Source: an uncultured Actinomycetota bacterium
GTDB lineage: Bacteria; Actinomycetota; Actinomycetes; Mycobacteriales; Nakamurellaceae
NCBI GenBank assembly: GCA_963700115.1
Contig: OY969473.1
Location: 2,499,446-2,563,445 of the forward strand
Length of the DNA stretch: 64,000 nt
Direction: 5' to 3'
In this document: in pieces, positions 1 through 10,140 of the stretch
Layout of the letters: every line of letters begins with the position of its first letter
How positions within the stretch are numbered: the first letter of the stretch is position 1
Translations under genes and position numbers: made by a program
Notes under the pieces: generated by a model
What the model saw: the letters and a program-made list of their open reading frames with translations, nothing else
Database searches by the model: none
Told to the model about the DNA's origin: nothing

Positions 1-144
1 ATCGCCCGGTCGACGGGCTCGTCGCACAGCCAGCACCGCCAACCATCGCGGTCGCCGACCTCGTCGAGGGTGGTCACGGGCGGGTGGTGCTGGGCGGAAG
101 CGACATCCGGCGAGCCTAGCGGCCCCGTCTGCGAGGATGACCCG

Positions 145-1191
145 ATGACCGTGCTCCCGACGCCCCCGCGCTCCGCCCGTGAGCGCTTCATCGCCGGTCT
201 GCCGAAGGCCGAGCTGCACGTCCACCACATCGGTTCGGCGTCGCCACAGACGGTGGCCCGGCTGGCTGCGGCGCACCCGGGCTCCCCGGTGCCCGCCGAC
301 CCGGCGGCGCTGGCCGCTTACTTCACCTTCACCGATTTCGCGCACTTCATCGAGGTGTACCTGTCGGTGGCCGATCTCGTCACCGATGCGACCGATGTCT
401 GGACGCTGACCCACGGCGTCGCCACCGACATGGCGGCACTGAACATCCGCTACGCGGAGCTGACGGTGTCGCCGTTCTCGCAGATCAGCCGGGGCATTCC
501 GGCCGAGGCTTTCATGGAGGCCATCGAGGACGCCCGGCTCACCGCCGAACGCGATCTCGGCATCGTCCTGCGGTGGTGCTTCGACATCCCCGGCGAGTCC
601 GGGCTTCCCGCCGCCGAGGTGACGGCCGACGTCGCGACCCGGCTGCGGCCCGACGGTCTCGTGAGCTTCGGACTCGGCGGGCCCGAGATCGGTGTCGCCC
701 GGCCGCAGTTCGAGCCGTACTTCGACCGGGCACGTGCGGTCGGGCTGCACAGCGTGCCGCACGCCGGCGAGACGACCGGGCCGCAGACCGTGTGGGACGC
801 CATCCACCATCTCGGTGCGGAGCGGATCGGCCACGGCACCACCGCGATCCAGGATCCGCGGCTCGTCGACTACCTCGTCGAGCACGACATCCCGCTGGAG
901 GTGTGCCCGACGTCGAACCTGGCCACCCGGGCGGTCGCCTCGCTCGACGACCACCCGCTGCCCGCACTGGTGGCGGCCGGGGTGCCGGTCAGCATCTCGT
1001 CGGACGACCCGCCGATGTTCTCAACCGACCTGAACCGTGAGTACGCCGTGGCTGCCGACCTTCTCGGTCTGGACCACGCCGGCATCGCGGACCTGGCCTT
1101 GGCCGCGGTGCGGCAGTCGTTCGCCCCGAACGAGGTGAAGATCCGCCTGACCGGTGAGATCACCGACTACCGGGACACCTTCGCCGACTGA
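145..1191 (+). CDS. add: Adenosine/adenine deaminase
   Basis: Motifs LPKAELHVHHIGS, PHAGE, RIGHG, LEVCPTSN, SSDDP. ATG 145 lies 6 nt after a GAGGAT -10-like hexamer (possibly leaderless). Confidence 0.92.
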   Translation: MTVLPTPPRSARERFIAGLPKAELHVHHIGSASPQTVARLAAAHPGSPVPADPAALAAYFTFTDFAHFIEVYLSVADLVTDATDVWTLTHGVATDMAALNIRYAELTVSPFSQISRGIPAEAFMEAIEDARLTAERDLGIVLRWCFDIPGESGLPAAEVTADVATRLRPDGLVSFGLGGPEIGVARPQFEPYFDRARAVGLHSVPHAGETTGPQTVWDAIHHLGAERIGHGTTAIQDPRLVDYLVEHDIPLEVCPTSNLATRAVASLDDHPLPALVAAGVPVSISSDDPPMFSTDLNREYAVAADLLGLDHAGIADLALAAVRQSFAPNEVKIRLTGEITDYRDTFAD

Positions 1192-1204
1192 CCGGTCTTT
1201 CGCG

Positions 1205-2453
1205 TCAGGCGGTGCGCCGGGCGAACGTCGGGGTGTGCTCCGGCAGCACTCCGACGCCGACCATCCGGGCCGGGATCACCTGCAGGAAAGGCAGTCTCGA
1301 GAGGATCCGCAGCGGGACCGGCATCCGAGAACCGGATCCTCGCCCGGCCAACGCCGCCCGGATCACCGAGCGGTGCGCGAGTCGCTGTCCGGCCTGGGTC
1401 ACCGCCGTGGGCCACCACCGCCGTCGCTGCACGCGGGCGGCGGCCCGGTCGATGGCCGCCGGGTCGGGAGCTGAGGTGCTCAGCACCGGCGCGAGGAACC
1501 GGGCGGCGGCGACCGCGTCCTGGACGGCGAGGTTGATGCCGACCCCACCGACCGGCGACATCGCGTGCGCCGCATCGCCGACGCACAGCAGCCCCGGGGC
1601 GTACCAGCGTCGCAACCGGTTCAGGACGACACGCAGCAGCTTGACGTCGTCCCATTCCCGGACGCCCTGTACTCGGTCTCCGAGCCACGGGTGCAGGTCA
1701 CGCAGCGCATCCTGCAGCTCGGTGACCGGGACCGACCGGCGGTCTGCGTCGTCGCCGGCGGGCAGCAGGTAGGCCACCTGGTAGTAGTCGCCGCGGTCCA
1801 GCAGGACGACCATCCGCCCGCCGGAGACCCGCGCCAGCGCCCCGGCCGGGTCCTGCTTGGTCGCCCCGTGGGAGCCGGAACCACCAGACGTCCATCGGCA
1901 CCCGGAAGTCGCGCACTGGAAGGCCGGAGCCGTTCCGCAGCACGGAGTCACGGCCGTCGCAGGCGACCACGAGATCCGCGGTGAGCTCGTGGGTGCCCCC
2001 GTCCGCATCGGTCCACCGGACGCCGGTCACCCGGCCGCCGGCCGTCAGCGCTCCGTCCACCCGAGCGCGCCGCAGCAAGCTGAACGACGGCTCAGCGGCC
2101 GCGGCCCGGGCGAGCAGGTCCAACAGGTGCCACTGCGGCACCATCGCGATGAACGGGTGCGGTTGGCGGAGCCTCGAGAGATCCGCCACCGGCGCTTCTC
2201 CCGCGTCCAGGATCACCGATGCCCGCTCGATGGGCTTCCACGGCAGCTCCGCGAACTCCGGCCACAACCCGAGCTCGTCCAGCAGCGTCATCGTCGACGG
2301 ATGCACGGTGTCGCCCCGGAAGTCGCGAAGGAAGTCGGCGTGCTTCTCCAACACCGTGACGTCCACGCCCGCCCGCGCCAGCAGCAGTCCCAGGAAGAGC
2401 CCGGCCGGCCCGCCACCCACGACCGCGCAGGTCGTCCGGGTCGGTGTCGCCAT
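1205..2453 (-). CDS. FAD-dependent oxidoreductase/monooxygenase (UbiH/FAD_binding_3 family), frameshifted near 1855
   Basis: N-terminal VVGGGPAG, EKHADFLRDFRGD and ACDG are in ORF 1698-2495. C-terminal VGDAAHAMSPVGGVGINLAVQDA is in ORF 1205-2008. Confidence 0.85.
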
Positions 2454-2586
2454 GAGTCCTCCTCGGGTGACCGCGCGGGGTTCAGCTGGTTCCATCTCAC
2501 CCCACCGGCCCAGCGGCGTCCACCGGCCGATTGGGTACAGGCTGCTCAGGTGTCGTCGCGGACGACCGGTTCAGCAGGAGGTCGGT

Positions 2587-3264
2587 GTGGGCGTGTTCGG
2601 CGCGATCAGTGGACAGGTGGCCAAGCGGGTGGTCCCGACGGCCGGCGGCGGCATGGTGCGGTCCATCCTCGAGAGGGCGATCGACGGCGGCGGCCCGGTA
2701 CCAGGTGCCGTGAAGTCGGGTGACGCAGCGCTGCGCAAGGCCGGCGGGGACGTCGACCGTGCCATCGACACGCTGATCGCCCAGCACGTGAAGTTGTCCG
2801 GGGCCCAGGGGTTCCTCACCAACGTGGGCGGCATTCTGACCATGGCCGCCACCATCCCGCTGAACATCGCCGGGCTCGTCCTGCTGCAGTGCCACTTGGC
2901 GGCATCGATCCTGCACGTGCGCGGCTACGACCTGAGCAAGGCCGCCGTCCGCGATGCGGTGCTGGTGTGCCTGCTCGAGAACGACGCCCGCAAAGCCCTC
3001 TCGAAGTCGCAGGGCCTCACCATCAGCCCGGCGGCGCTGGCCACGGCCGACCCCCGGCCGGAGACGCAGGACGCCATCGCGCAGGCAGTCACCACCCAGC
3101 TGATCGCGCTCACCGGAGGGAAGCAGATCGCCAAGTTCGTCGCCCGCCGGATTCCCGTGCTGGGTGGCGCGATCGGCGGTGCCGGCGACGCCTGGTCCAC
3201 CCGGGCCATCGGCCGCGAGGCGGCCAAGGTACCGCCGCCGGCCGCACTGCAGGTCGGCGTCTGA
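2587..3264 (+). CDS. EcsC-family protein
   Basis: AGGAG RBS before GTG 2587; QGFLTNVGG..TIPLNI, RGYDL and RRIPVLGGAIGGAGD patterns. Confidence 0.7.
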   Translation: MGVFGAISGQVAKRVVPTAGGGMVRSILERAIDGGGPVPGAVKSGDAALRKAGGDVDRAIDTLIAQHVKLSGAQGFLTNVGGILTMAATIPLNIAGLVLLQCHLAASILHVRGYDLSKAAVRDAVLVCLLENDARKALSKSQGLTISPAALATADPRPETQDAIAQAVTTQLIALTGGKQIAKFVARRIPVLGGAIGGAGDAWSTRAIGREAAKVPPPAALQVGV

Positions 3265-3320
3265 CCCGCGGCAGCAGGCTCGGCCGCTTGTCCAGAGGTG
3301 CGCGACGAAGGGAGGCGACC

Positions 3321-3515
3321 ATGACCGAATCGCCCGGCGACAACGCATCGCCTCCAGCGGATCGCAACCGCCCGGGCAGGCTGCCTGACGTCGAACCGTC
3401 GGCCGCTGCCGAGCGTGTCGGCTGGGCCGATGACGCGACACCGACGACCGGATCCCGACGCCCGGCCCGGACGTTGCCCAGGCAACGGGACCGGCCGAGC
3501 GACCCGCTCTCCTGA
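3321..3515 (+). CDS. Small hypothetical protein (64 aa)
   Basis: Strong GGGAGG RBS 5 nt before ATG; no recognisable motif. Confidence 0.35.
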   Translation: MTESPGDNASPPADRNRPGRLPDVEPSAAAERVGWADDATPTTGSRRPARTLPRQRDRPSDPLS

Positions 3516-3943
3516 GCGGCGTGCCGTGGGCTCATGCACCCGGCGCAAGTCTCGGACCAGGTCGCCCGGGCGCCCGCTGCGCCCGGGGGCGAGCCACTGA
3601 CACGATCCCGGACCGCTCCGATTCGGTCAGCAGATCGCCCCACGAGCCCGATCGCACGTGTGCGACGCCGACGCCTGCGGCGATGGTCCTGCGCTCGAGC
3701 AGCCAGATCACCGTGGCTTGAATGTGGCGCAGGACGCCGGTGACCTGAAATCAGATCAGCCAGGACCGACACTCGCAGCGGCGCTGATCTTTTCAAGTCG
3801 ACCGTCCCGACGCTCACCGTCACCCGGGTGAGGACCAGGAACACGTCGGCCCCGCGGATGGGGCCGGCGCCCGCCGCGCCGGCACCGGACGCGTCAGCCC
3901 GAGCGGGCTGGCTGGTGAGCAGAACCGGTTGACGGCGAACGCA

Positions 3944-3975
3944 CGACGGCCGGATCCTGAAGGATCCGGCCGTCG
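3944..3975. terminator. Perfect hairpin downstream of tRNA-Lys
   Basis: cgacggccggatcct-ga-aggatccggccgtcg, 15-bp arms, about 10 nt 3' of the tRNA. Confidence 0.75.
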
Positions 3976-3984
3976 GGTGTGGAG

Positions 3985-4057
<73 letters not shown>

Positions 4058-4157
4058 CGGTGATCGGTACTGCTCCGTTGCTGTACGACCGAGGAGTGAC
4101 TCTACAGGTTCGCCCCGGAGATCATCAAAACGGCTGGTCGGAGAGCTGCAAGCCTGC

Positions 4158-5261
4158 TCATGCGTCCACGGAGGCACCGCCGACCGTCCGGGCGGCGGCG
4201 TCGCGGACGACGTCGACCAGCTCGGAACGGCGGGCGAAGGATCGCGTCTGGAACGTGGCACCGGTGCCGGTGCTCCGGATCCGCACGACGGCCGCCTCCA
4301 CCCGGCCGGTGTCGCCGTTGTCGGCGAGCGCGTCACCGACGTGCTCGACCAGGCCCTGCAGCAGTTGAAAGGCCGGAACCGACGCGGTCGCCGTCACATC
4401 GACGAGATCATCGGCCATGCCGGACCGTGCGGCCCGCCACGCCGCCGCCCGCAGCAACCCGACACTGACGGGGGCCGGCGGAGTTTCGGCCCGCCATTCG
4501 GCGGCTGCGGTGTCGACCAGCCCCCGCGCCAGCGCGGCGATCAGCAGCGCGTCGGCGATGTCGGTGCACACGTCAGGAACCCGGATCTCGACCGTCGGGT
4601 AGTGCGACGACAGCCGGGCGTCGAAGTACATCATGCCGGCGTCCATCGCGGCCCCGGAGGCGAGGCGCTCCAGCTTGGCTCGCTCGTAGCCGGCGACGTC
4701 GCCGAAGGCCTCGGTCGGACCGGCGGTCGGCCACAGCCCCCACATCATGCTGCGGTAGCTCGCATACCCGCTGAGTTGCCCGTGCCAGAACGGCGAGTTG
4801 CCCGAGATGGCGGTGAGAACGGCGAGCCAGGGCCGGATCCGGTCGAGAACCGCCACCCCTTCCTCCGGGGACTCGATCGAGACGTGTACGTGCTGACCAC
4901 ACGTCAGCTGCTGACGCGCGAGAAGCCCGAATTTCTCGGTCATCTCGGCGTAGCGTTCCCCCTGGCTCATCGTCGGCCGGACCTTGAACGGACTCGATGC
5001 GATCGCCACCACTTCCGCACCCTGGCGTCGGGCGGACTGGCTCATCTGGATGCGCAGCCGGTGCAGCTCGTCGCCGATGGCCGCAATCGAGACGTCCGGG
5101 GCCGACCCGAGCTCGACCTGCTCCTTTTTGAACTCCGCCTCGAACTGGGCGTGGCCGAGCCGGGCCTCGGCGTCGGCGACGACCAGGTCACCAACCGGAA
5201 CCGGCCGGAGGGTCTCGGCGCTGACGACGAGAAGTTCCTCCTCGATACCCACGGTGCGCAA
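4158..5261 (-). CDS. ybdK: Carboxylate-amine ligase / glutamate-cysteine ligase 2 (YbdK family)
   Basis: GIEEE, CGQHVHV, NSPF, YFDAR, TVEIRVPD motifs. Confidence 0.9.
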   Translation of the reverse strand: MRTVGIEEELLVVSAETLRPVPVGDLVVADAEARLGHAQFEAEFKKEQVELGSAPDVSIAAIGDELHRLRIQMSQSARRQGAEVVAIASSPFKVRPTMSQGERYAEMTEKFGLLARQQLTCGQHVHVSIESPEEGVAVLDRIRPWLAVLTAISGNSPFWHGQLSGYASYRSMMWGLWPTAGPTEAFGDVAGYERAKLERLASGAAMDAGMMYFDARLSSHYPTVEIRVPDVCTDIADALLIAALARGLVDTAAAEWRAETPPAPVSVGLLRAAAWRAARSGMADDLVDVTATASVPAFQLLQGLVEHVGDALADNGDTGRVEAAVVRIRSTGTGATFQTRSFARRSELVDVVRDAAARTVGGASVDA

Positions 5262-5470
5262 CCGGTCACCCCTTTTCGACCCTCGACGTCCGCCCAGCTC
5301 GCGCTCAGCCTACAAAGCTGCTGTTGCCCGGGGGTTTCGGTCGCCTACCCGGACGCCCGCCGGCGTTCCGCGACCGAAGTCGTGTCCGGCGACCGCAACA
5401 GCGTTCGCGGGGGCTCGGAAACGGTCGTGAGAAGCAGCCTTCACTGGGCCGGGTGAACCCCACGGGGGTC

Positions 5471-5532
5471 GCGCGGCCGAATTCCGTCAACGCGGCCGAC
5501 ATGTCGGAAGCGTTGACGAAGAACGGCAGCGC
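5471..5532. repeat. 62-bp imperfect palindrome, REP-like, copy A
   Basis: 50/62 identical without gaps to 33518-33579; self-complementary about the central CATG. Confidence 0.8.
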
Positions 5533-5642
5533 GACACCATGCCGGCTTCCCACCGCTCGGGCCGGGTGACCGCAGGGTGGTCGCGGGAACGCCCGACGCC
5601 CCGATGGGCCAGCACACTCCCGGTACGTGACAGGCTGGGCGG

Positions 5643-6302
5643 ATGGTGCGCGCGCTCGGGATCGCAGCGCTCTGTGCGCTGCTCGCGTTCCTGGTGGTGG
5701 GGGTGGCCCCGATCGACGCGACCGCCCATGCGGACCCGGCTACTCAGCGGGCCCTCGATGCCGTCACCACCGAGACCTTCGACCCGGCCCACCCGGACGC
5801 CCTCTTCCCGACGGACTTCGAGCGGGTGATGGGCTACGAACCTGTCGTCGTCACCAGCCGGAAGGGCAATCCGGTGCTGGTGAAGCCGGCCGGTGACTGC
5901 TCCGCGTTCGCCGGCGAGACGCAGTACCGCTTCAGCCACGTGTGCATGGAGCACGACCTCGCCTATGACGTTTTGCGGTACTCGGCGGCCGTCGGTCATC
6001 CGATGCCGGCGGCCGGACGACGTCAGGCCGACGCGATGTTCCGGCGCGAGCTGCACGCCAACTGCACCTGGTCAGGATGGTCCGGGGCCGAGCTCGGCGT
6101 CTGCCACGCCTGGGCGGAAGGGTTCGCCGAAGCGGTCGAGTTCAACTCCTGGCGGCAGGGCTTCCGGCCTCCCCCACTGCGCGAGTCCGAGCCCCGTTGG
6201 GCGGCGTGCTGCCTGTTGTTCCTGGTTCTGCTGGGTGCCCGGGTGATGATGGACCGGCTGGACCGGCAGCCCACACCACTGATCGCCGAAGGGGTCCGAT
6301 GA
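5643..6302 (+). CDS. Secreted, possibly membrane-anchored prokaryotic phospholipase A2
   Basis: Signal peptide; GDCS...CMEHDLAYD (CxxHDxxY), ADAMFRREL..C; C-terminal hydrophobic segment. Confidence 0.72.
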   Translation: MVRALGIAALCALLAFLVVGVAPIDATAHADPATQRALDAVTTETFDPAHPDALFPTDFERVMGYEPVVVTSRKGNPVLVKPAGDCSAFAGETQYRFSHVCMEHDLAYDVLRYSAAVGHPMPAAGRRQADAMFRRELHANCTWSGWSGAELGVCHAWAEGFAEAVEFNSWRQGFRPPPLRESEPRWAACCLLFLVLLGARVMMDRLDRQPTPLIAEGVR

Positions 6303-6737
6303 CCACCGCGCACCGACTGGCCGCCGACCTCGACCTGGCGCCGCTGCCCGAGGAAGGCGGCTGGTTCCGGCGGACGTCGCTGGACACGGCAAAGGTCGAC
6401 AATCCTGTTCCTCGTCGGCGCCGGCGAGTTCTCGGCGTTGCACCGGCTGAGCGCACCGGAGGACTACCGGCATCTCGCCGGCGCCCCGCTGCGGCTGCTG
6501 GTGCTCGACGACGCCGGCTCACGTGAGGTCGTGATCGACCGGGCCCGGCCGTCCTACCGGGTCGGGGCAGGCGCCTGGCAGGGGTCGTCGTCCGACGGGG
6601 ACTGGACGCTGGTGACGACGCAGGTGTCGCCGCCGTTCGAGTGGACAATGTTCGAACTGGGCGAGCGGGTGGCGCTGCAGCACCGGTGGCCGGCGGTGGC
6701 CGACCGGATCGCGGCTCTCAGCCGAGCTCCGTCCTGA
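6299..6737 (+). CDS. Cupin_5/DUF985 protein, frameshifted near 6392
   Basis: LAPLPEEGGWFRRT, then shifted STILFLV..FSALHRL, GAWQG, WTLV..VSPPF. ATGA overlap with the PLA2 stop. Confidence 0.8.
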
Positions 6738-8020
6738 TCCGGGCGGTCCGCTCCTGGACATCGGCGCGCACTGCGTCCTGGTCGAACACGGTCACCCGGC
6801 GATCGGCCACCAGCCGACGGCCGGCTACGAACACATCCGTGACCTGGGCCCCGGTGGCGGCGTAGGCGACGTACGACTCGACGTCCGTGAGCGGGGTGCC
6901 CACCGCTCCCGCGACGTCGAGCACCACCAGATCCGCCGGCTCGCCGACCCGGATCCGTCCGGTGCCACCGGCCCGGGCAGCCAGCGCGCCGCCACGGGTG
7001 GCCCACCCGAACACCTCGGCACCGGTCAGCACCGACGGGTCCTCGGCGACACCGCGGTGCAGGATGGCGCCGGTCTTGAGCTCTTCGAACAGATCCAGCG
7101 TGTTGTTGGACGCGACCGAGTCGGTGCCGAGCGCGAGCCGGACGCCGGCATCGCGGTAGCGCGGCGCGGGCGCGATGCCGGCGCCGAGCTTGAGGTTGGA
7201 CACCGGATTGTGCGAAACGGTCACGTTCGGCCGGGTGAGCAGCGCGATGTCGCCCGCCACCGGGTGCACCGCGTGCGCGACGTGCACGTGAGTCTCCAGC
7301 AGCCCGAGATCGGCGACCAGCCGGATCGGGTGACACGCCATGTTCGGCGATGGCGTTGTCGACCTCGCGGCGGGTCTCCGAGAGGTGGATGTGCACCCCG
7401 AGACCGTTGTCGCGGGTGCGGCCGGCGACGTCTCGGATGAGCTCCGGCGGGCAGGTGTAGGGCGCGTGCAACCCGTAGGACACGGTGACGAGAGGGTTCG
7501 CCGCGTACGCGGCGGCGAGCCGCGGGGTGTCGTCGAGGATCGCCGCCCCCGGCCGGTCATCAGCGTTCGGGAAGGCGACCGCGTCGTAGCCGAACACCGC
7601 GGGGGCCACGTTGGCGCGCATACCGGATGTGGCCACGACATCCAGCAGTGCGTCGTCCCACTGGAACATGTCGATGAACCCGGTGGTGCCCGACAGGAGC
7701 ATCTCCACGATCGCGAGCCGGAGGCCGGCGGCGATGTCGTCCGCGGTCATCCGCAGTTCGAAAGCGCGGATGTGGGTCAGCCAGGTGTGCAGGGGCACGT
7801 CGTCGGAGTAGCCCCGCAGCAGGGTCATCGCCGAGTGGGTGTGGCCATTGGTCATCCCCGGCATGACCACCCGGCCGTTGAGATCCACATCGTCGGCGGC
7901 CGGGACGCCGTCGTACGGTCCGAGATCGGCGACCGTGCCGTCACTGTCGATGGTGAGTGCGGCGCCGCGGACCACAACGCCGGGCTCGGCGAGAACGGTC
8001 ACGTCGACCAGGCGGGTCAT
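6718..8020 (-). CDS. Metal-dependent amidohydrolase (MtaD/SAH-deaminase-like), frameshifted near 7330
   Basis: PGMTNGHTHS, HAPYT, HIHLSET, then AHAVH, HNPVSNLKL and LGTDS in the next frame. Confidence 0.87.
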
Positions 8021-8027
8021 CTCGATG

Positions 8028-8250
8028 TCAGGCGTTCTTGCCCGACGTGGTGACCCGCTTGTCCCGCGGCACAGCCCATGTGTCGATGTCGGCGTCCTCG
8101 GTGGACAACGCGACGTCGGTGCCCGTCACCTCGACCGGATCACCCCACATTGGCGAGGGGTGGCACACCTCGGCGTGGGCCGGCGACAGGTTCACGCAGC
8201 TGTGGCTGATGTCGGGGTTGCCATGGGCGACGGGCGGGACACCCGTCGAC
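8028..8250 (-). pseudogene. Eroded C-terminal remnant of an L,D-transpeptidase
   Basis: Not in the ORF track. Minus frame reads AHGNPDISHSCVNLSPAHAE...WGDPVEVTGTDVALSTEDADIDTWAVP, resembling the actinobacterial Ldt tail (SHGCxNLS...GDPVEVTG..DW). No start codon or N-terminal domains. Confidence 0.6.
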
Positions 8251-8253
8251 GGG

Positions 8254-8475
8254 TCACCGGATGAGCTTTCGGATGATCAGCGCGCCGATGACGATGCCCA
8301 CCGCGATCAACGGGAACTTGATCTGCGGCTGCTGCACCTTCGAGAGGACCTTGTCCCTGCTCTCGTTGGCGAGGCGCTTCGGGTTGGCCCGGATGGTCAG
8401 TTCGTCGACGGTGACCGCCAGGGCATCACGGGCGCGTTCGATCTCCGCCTGGATGGTGTCCGCGTCACGGGCCAC
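8254..8475 (-). CDS. DUF3618-domain small membrane protein
   Basis: MARDADTIQAEIERARDALAVTVDEL..R.NP plus a C-terminal TM; AAGGA RBS. Confidence 0.85.
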   Translation of the reverse strand: MARDADTIQAEIERARDALAVTVDELTIRANPKRLANESRDKVLSKVQQPQIKFPLIAVGIVIGALIIRKLIR

Positions 8476-8557
8476 AGTGGTGTTCCTTGTCCTCGGGTGT
8501 GTCCGGGGAGACTCTCCCCGGGCGCACGACTGCGCTCGAAGTCAATACCCTAACGCC

Positions 8558-9034
8558 ATGACCACGACACCCCCCGCAACGGGCGACACCGCCCCCGGCT
8601 TCACGCTCTCCGATGCCGATGGCGCATCGGTCTCCCTGACCGACTTCGCCGGCAAGAAGGTCATCCTGTACTTCTACCCGGCGGCCATGACGCCCGGCTG
8701 CACCACCGAGGCCTGTGAGTTCACTGCCGCCCGCGAGACTCTCGACACCGGCGGCTACGTCGTGCTGGGTGTCTCCCCCGACGCGCCGGACAGGCTGATG
8801 CAGTTCCGGACCAAGGAGAACCTCGACATCACCCTGCTGTCCGACCCGGACCACAGCGTCCACGAGGTGTGGGGAGCCTGGGGCGAGAAGTCGCTGTACG
8901 GCAAGAAAATGGAGGGCGTGATCCGCTCCACGTTCGTCATCGACGAGAACGGCACCGTCGTCGAGGCCTGGCGCAACGTCAAGGCCACCGGCCATGTCGA
9001 CCGGGTGCTCGCGAAGCTCGGCCTGGCCGCCTGA
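8558..9034 (+). CDS. bcp: Thioredoxin-dependent thiol peroxidase Bcp (PrxQ)
   Basis: LYFYPAAMTPGCTTEAC, GVSPD, RSTFVID. Confidence 0.95.
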   Translation: MTTTPPATGDTAPGFTLSDADGASVSLTDFAGKKVILYFYPAAMTPGCTTEACEFTAARETLDTGGYVVLGVSPDAPDRLMQFRTKENLDITLLSDPDHSVHEVWGAWGEKSLYGKKMEGVIRSTFVIDENGTVVEAWRNVKATGHVDRVLAKLGLAA

Positions 9035-9115
9035 CGTCGGAGGCCGACAGGTGAACCGGCCGGCGCGCTCCCCCGATACAGTGGGGCGGCGCCGGCCGGT
9101 TCGCCGCCCGGCTCT

Positions 9116-9189
9116 GGGGCCGTAGCCCAATTGGCAGAGGCACACGGTTTAGGTCCGTGCCAGTGAGGGTTCGACTCCCTTCGGCCCCA
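9116..9189 (+). tRNA. tRNA-Leu(TAG) with short variable loop
   Basis: GGGGCCG acceptor stem, CACGG-TT-TAG-GT-CCGTG anticodon arm, GAGGG-TTCGACT-CCCTT T-arm, discriminator A. Confidence 0.92.
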
Positions 9190-9774
9190 CGTCTACGACC
9201 GCCGCTGGTTCTGAACCGCACCTCATTGTGGTTGCCGCTCTCGATCGAGGGCAGCGTAGTGGTCTCGCTGGTGCTCAACGGGCGGGGACCATTCCGACGG
9301 TGGAGGGCAGGCGCCGGCTGCTGTACCGATCGGCCCAGCCGGCGACGGCGTACTCGACGTCGGTAGGCCCCACCATTGAAGGGGTCGCTCCCCTGCCGAT
9401 CCTGGTCACGGTGCAGAACCCGGCGATCGCCGACGACGCGACAGAGTTCGCAAAGGATCTGGTGGGCAGACGCCGGACTCCGTACGGGCTCGACAGCCCA
9501 CCTCGGTCGAGGTGCTCAGCTGCGCACACCCCAGGCAGGTGCTGTCTCATACTCCGCGTACCCCAGGAGGAGTCGACACCGCGCTGCCGCGACGGGGGCG
9601 GGCGGATCGACGCCGGCCGACCTGGAGATGTCGGCACACGGAACGTCCATTCGGTGATGGCCGAACCCCCTGGGCGCGGCCCGATGAGGAACGTTCCCCA
9701 AGTGGCCTACAGTCCACCCAAGGCCTACTGACACAGGTCACAGGTGAGCGCGACGTAGCCAAGCCGGAGGATCC

Positions 9775-10140
9775 ATGAGTGCCGTCCAGGGTCAGCATTC
9801 CGCCCACATCCCGCCACCCACCCCACTCGAGGCCAAGTACCTCGCGGTGCAACGGTCTCCGGAGTTCCAGGACCTCCGGCGGCGGTACCGGGGCTGGGTC
9901 ATCCCGGTCACGGTCGGTGCATTGATCTGGTACCTGGCTTACGTTCTGGTCGCTGCGTACGCCCCCGGCTTCATGGCCATCAAGGTGCTCGGCAACATCA
10001 ACCTGGGACTCATTCTCGGCCTCCTCCAATTCGTGACAACCTTCGTCGTCACCGGGTTGTACGTGCGCTACGCCGGCCGGGTACTCGACCCGGCATCGGA
10101 GAAGATCCGCGATTCGATGAAGGCCGGGGGGCTGTTGTGA
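9775..10140 (+). CDS. DUF485 membrane protein (ActP partner)
   Basis: SPEFQDLRRR, two TMs, GLLQF..TF, Y.RYA; GTGA overlap with the symporter. Confidence 0.9.
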   Translation: MSAVQGQHSAHIPPPTPLEAKYLAVQRSPEFQDLRRRYRGWVIPVTVGALIWYLAYVLVAAYAPGFMAIKVLGNINLGLILGLLQFVTTFVVTGLYVRYAGRVLDPASEKIRDSMKAGGLL

